Assembly: GCA_002633005.1 (NCBI GenBank)
Contig: NMRA01000238.1
Span: forward strand, 372,001-436,000
DNA from: Phoronis australis
Lineage: Eukaryota; Animalia; Phoronida
DNA length: 64,000 nt
Direction: 5' to 3'
Shown piece by piece: positions 61,663-64,000 of the stretch. Within the stretch, counting starts at the first letter, position 1, and the number at the start of each line of letters is the position of its first letter. A model generated the notes under the pieces. The model ran no database searches and was not told where the DNA came from. It was given only the letters and a program-made list of their open reading frames with translations. A program made the translations under genes and the position numbers.

Positions 61663-63845
61663 GTTTCAAGTTGCAATGTTGCAGGAGTTAGAATGAACTT
61701 GAAACCTGGAATCATGTTCAAGGTTCTAGATTCCAAGAAAATGAAACCATGGATATTATATTAAAACAGTTGCAGAACTTGAGTTAAAACCACAGGAACT
61801 TGGAATGAAATAACACCAGGACCTAATGTGGAGTATCAAATTAATCCTTTTCCATGGCTAAGTTCTGTATCACAGTTATGAAAATTGCGGATATCCACAA
61901 GAATGTTAGAAGCCCTTAGATATGAAAATGGGCAACTTTGGCAATTGCTTTTGTCTGAAATTGGAGAGATTTTGCCATTACTGTTGAAATTTCGTTAGCA
62001 AGAAAGATTGTTTAATAAAAACCAGTTTACCCAAGATTGATTCTGAACAAAATACAAAAAGAAAGTTCTACATGCAAAGATAAACCTGAACCTATCCACA
62101 TTGAATATTACGATACATGTAGTACAATGCCAGCGCAAACAAGTAAAGACAAGCTATATAAGCATAAAGCTGGTTAAGAAAAAATTATTCTCCTTCCGTC
62201 GATACAATAGATACCAAAAATTATCAGACAAAACTAAGTTTGAACTCAGCATTCTGGTTACTGTGATGGCAAATTCTTCTTCCACTTAGCCGTCACGATG
62301 TGGAATTGTAGGTCATTGTGTCAGATTTTTTTAGGAGTAATTGAGGTCCATGACTGGGGCCAGAGGTCTGTTTCATGTAAAGTGACTTAACTAAAAAAAT
62401 TCGGTTTTAGGCTCCACACAACAACATAAATCAAATTTCACCTGAGCAAAAATCCAGTCTCTAAGAATCTGCACATGGCTGCTAGTAACTGAGAATCTTT
62501 TATAAATCATTTCTTGGCTGTGATGTGCTCATAGTTACTTGGCTCAACTCTTCTTCAGCAATTGAGAGGTGGGAGTGCAACATCAAATTTCTGCCTGAAG
62601 TCTTAAACTATTTTAATGAAACAGACCCCAGGTCAGAACTTGCAATGATCATATACTTTCAGCCTAAGGGCTCTGTCACGAAAATGGGATAAAACCAAAT
62701 GAGAACCAACTAAAGATTAATCTGAGTAGGAACCATGCCAAGGGCGTCACCTTCGACGCATGTTTTTAGTCAAAGTTGTCCGTTTCCACACGTTCCCATC
62801 CTGTTTCAGCAAGATGTGTTGAAAGCGGACTCCAATGTTCAGTGAACAAATTTGGAAAAACACCTGGTCATATCACACTGTGCAATGTGGTCATATGTTT
62901 AGGCATATGCATTACGATAACCAAACACCCAGAAAACACTGTCAGTGACTATAAAACTACCTTCAGTCACAAATAACAACTTAAGGCTTGGATCACTGAC
63001 TGTTATGAAACTGGTCTTTCTTTGTTTCTTTGTCAAAAAAGATATGATCATGGGGCAGGGCAAGAACTGACAGTTCATTACGGCTCATGGCCAAGTCAAG
63101 GTCAAGGTTAAGTTGTCAAAGCAGATCATTTTATACAGTGAGTATCCCACACCTTTGCAAGCCCAGAAATCATTTTACGTTTGCATAACAAACATTATTG
63201 AGACCAACTTTTTAGCGGCGATTCAAAAATTTTTCGGTGAGAATGCGGATTTATGCCACTTTCAGTTCAGTTGGAATGATAATATCCAATTTAAATTAGC
63301 GATAACAATATTAACTTGTTAAAGTTTCAAAAAAATAAGACAAAATGACCAAGAATTCCCAACCATGACAAATGACTACAAGTGGATTTCCCCTCATCAT
63401 GACGGCTGCAGGGTAATTGGCATTCACCATCAGAATAGTCGACTGGGAAACAGAATGCTGTTCAATTATTTACATTGTTACAAAGTATGGTAAACAATGG
63501 CAGACTAGCAGTGGCACAGAGAAAGCTGACATAGAGAGATGACCCAAAGATTTGACACAACATCAACATATACCTTGATAATTATTGGGATGTCGGCTGG
63601 TTCCTATCGCAACAGATCAGTAATGTAAAACTGTTAATGTTGCAGAACAAAACGATCAAGGCATGCATTTTCATATGGTTAATTAGAAGCTCAAGAGAAA
63701 GAACTTACTTTGGGTGTGGGGAAGCACTCCACTGGGTCCACTCAGAATTCAGTGGTTGAACTTATAATAAACATATTGGCCAATTATCTGTGAATCACAG
63801 TAGATTTCAATAATTCCAGCAGCCGGACTGATATATATTCTATTG

Positions 63846-64000
63846 AATCAGCTGTGAGTCACAGAACATTTCACCAATCACAGATGCAACTCATCATACA
63901 TTCTGGCCAATCAGCTGTGAGTCACAGAAGATGTCACCAATCAGAGATGCAACTTATCATACATTCTGGCCAATCAGCTGTCAGTCACAGAAGATGTCAT
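63846..64000. repeat. ~63-bp minisatellite running off the window end
   Basis: aatcagctgtgagtcacagaagatgtcaccaatcagagatgcaacttatcatacattctggcc repeated. Confidence 0.9.

Noticed and set aside
63709-63760. Possible 52-nt exon with a GTAAGT donor on the minus strand
   Set aside because: Weak AAG acceptor, and its only open frame ends in phase 2, which is incompatible with the downstream exons.

Overview
AT-rich invertebrate (probably lophotrochozoan-type) nuclear DNA with spliceosomal GT-AG introns and two assembly gaps. Four protein-coding loci were read by hand. (1) The last five exons of a MAP3K19/YSK4-like STE11 kinase (+, 576-5631), probably with a ~4.6 kb 3'UTR. (2) A two-unit polyubiquitin gene with variant residues (+, 25520-25981). 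(3) A complete eIF4G2/DAP5/NAT1 gene with 19 coding exons (+, 34141-48683, 886 aa). It has no usable AUG and appears to start at a CUG. (4) The 3' part of an unidentified minus-strand gene with polybasic C-terminal motifs and several candidate microexons; its 3' end meets the eIF4G2 3' end tail-to-tail. Intergenic and intronic DNA holds decayed L1/Tx1-like and RTE-X-like LINEs, an inverted Penelope-like insertion, a hAT transposase remnant, several TTAA-flanked or palindromic MITEs and many minisatellites. The most notable observations are the CUG start with flanking structure, three tandem arrays in eIF4G2 introns seeded from exon 3' ends that multiply the 5' splice site, and the microexon cluster in the minus-strand gene. 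All homology calls rest on recalled family motifs; no searches were run.
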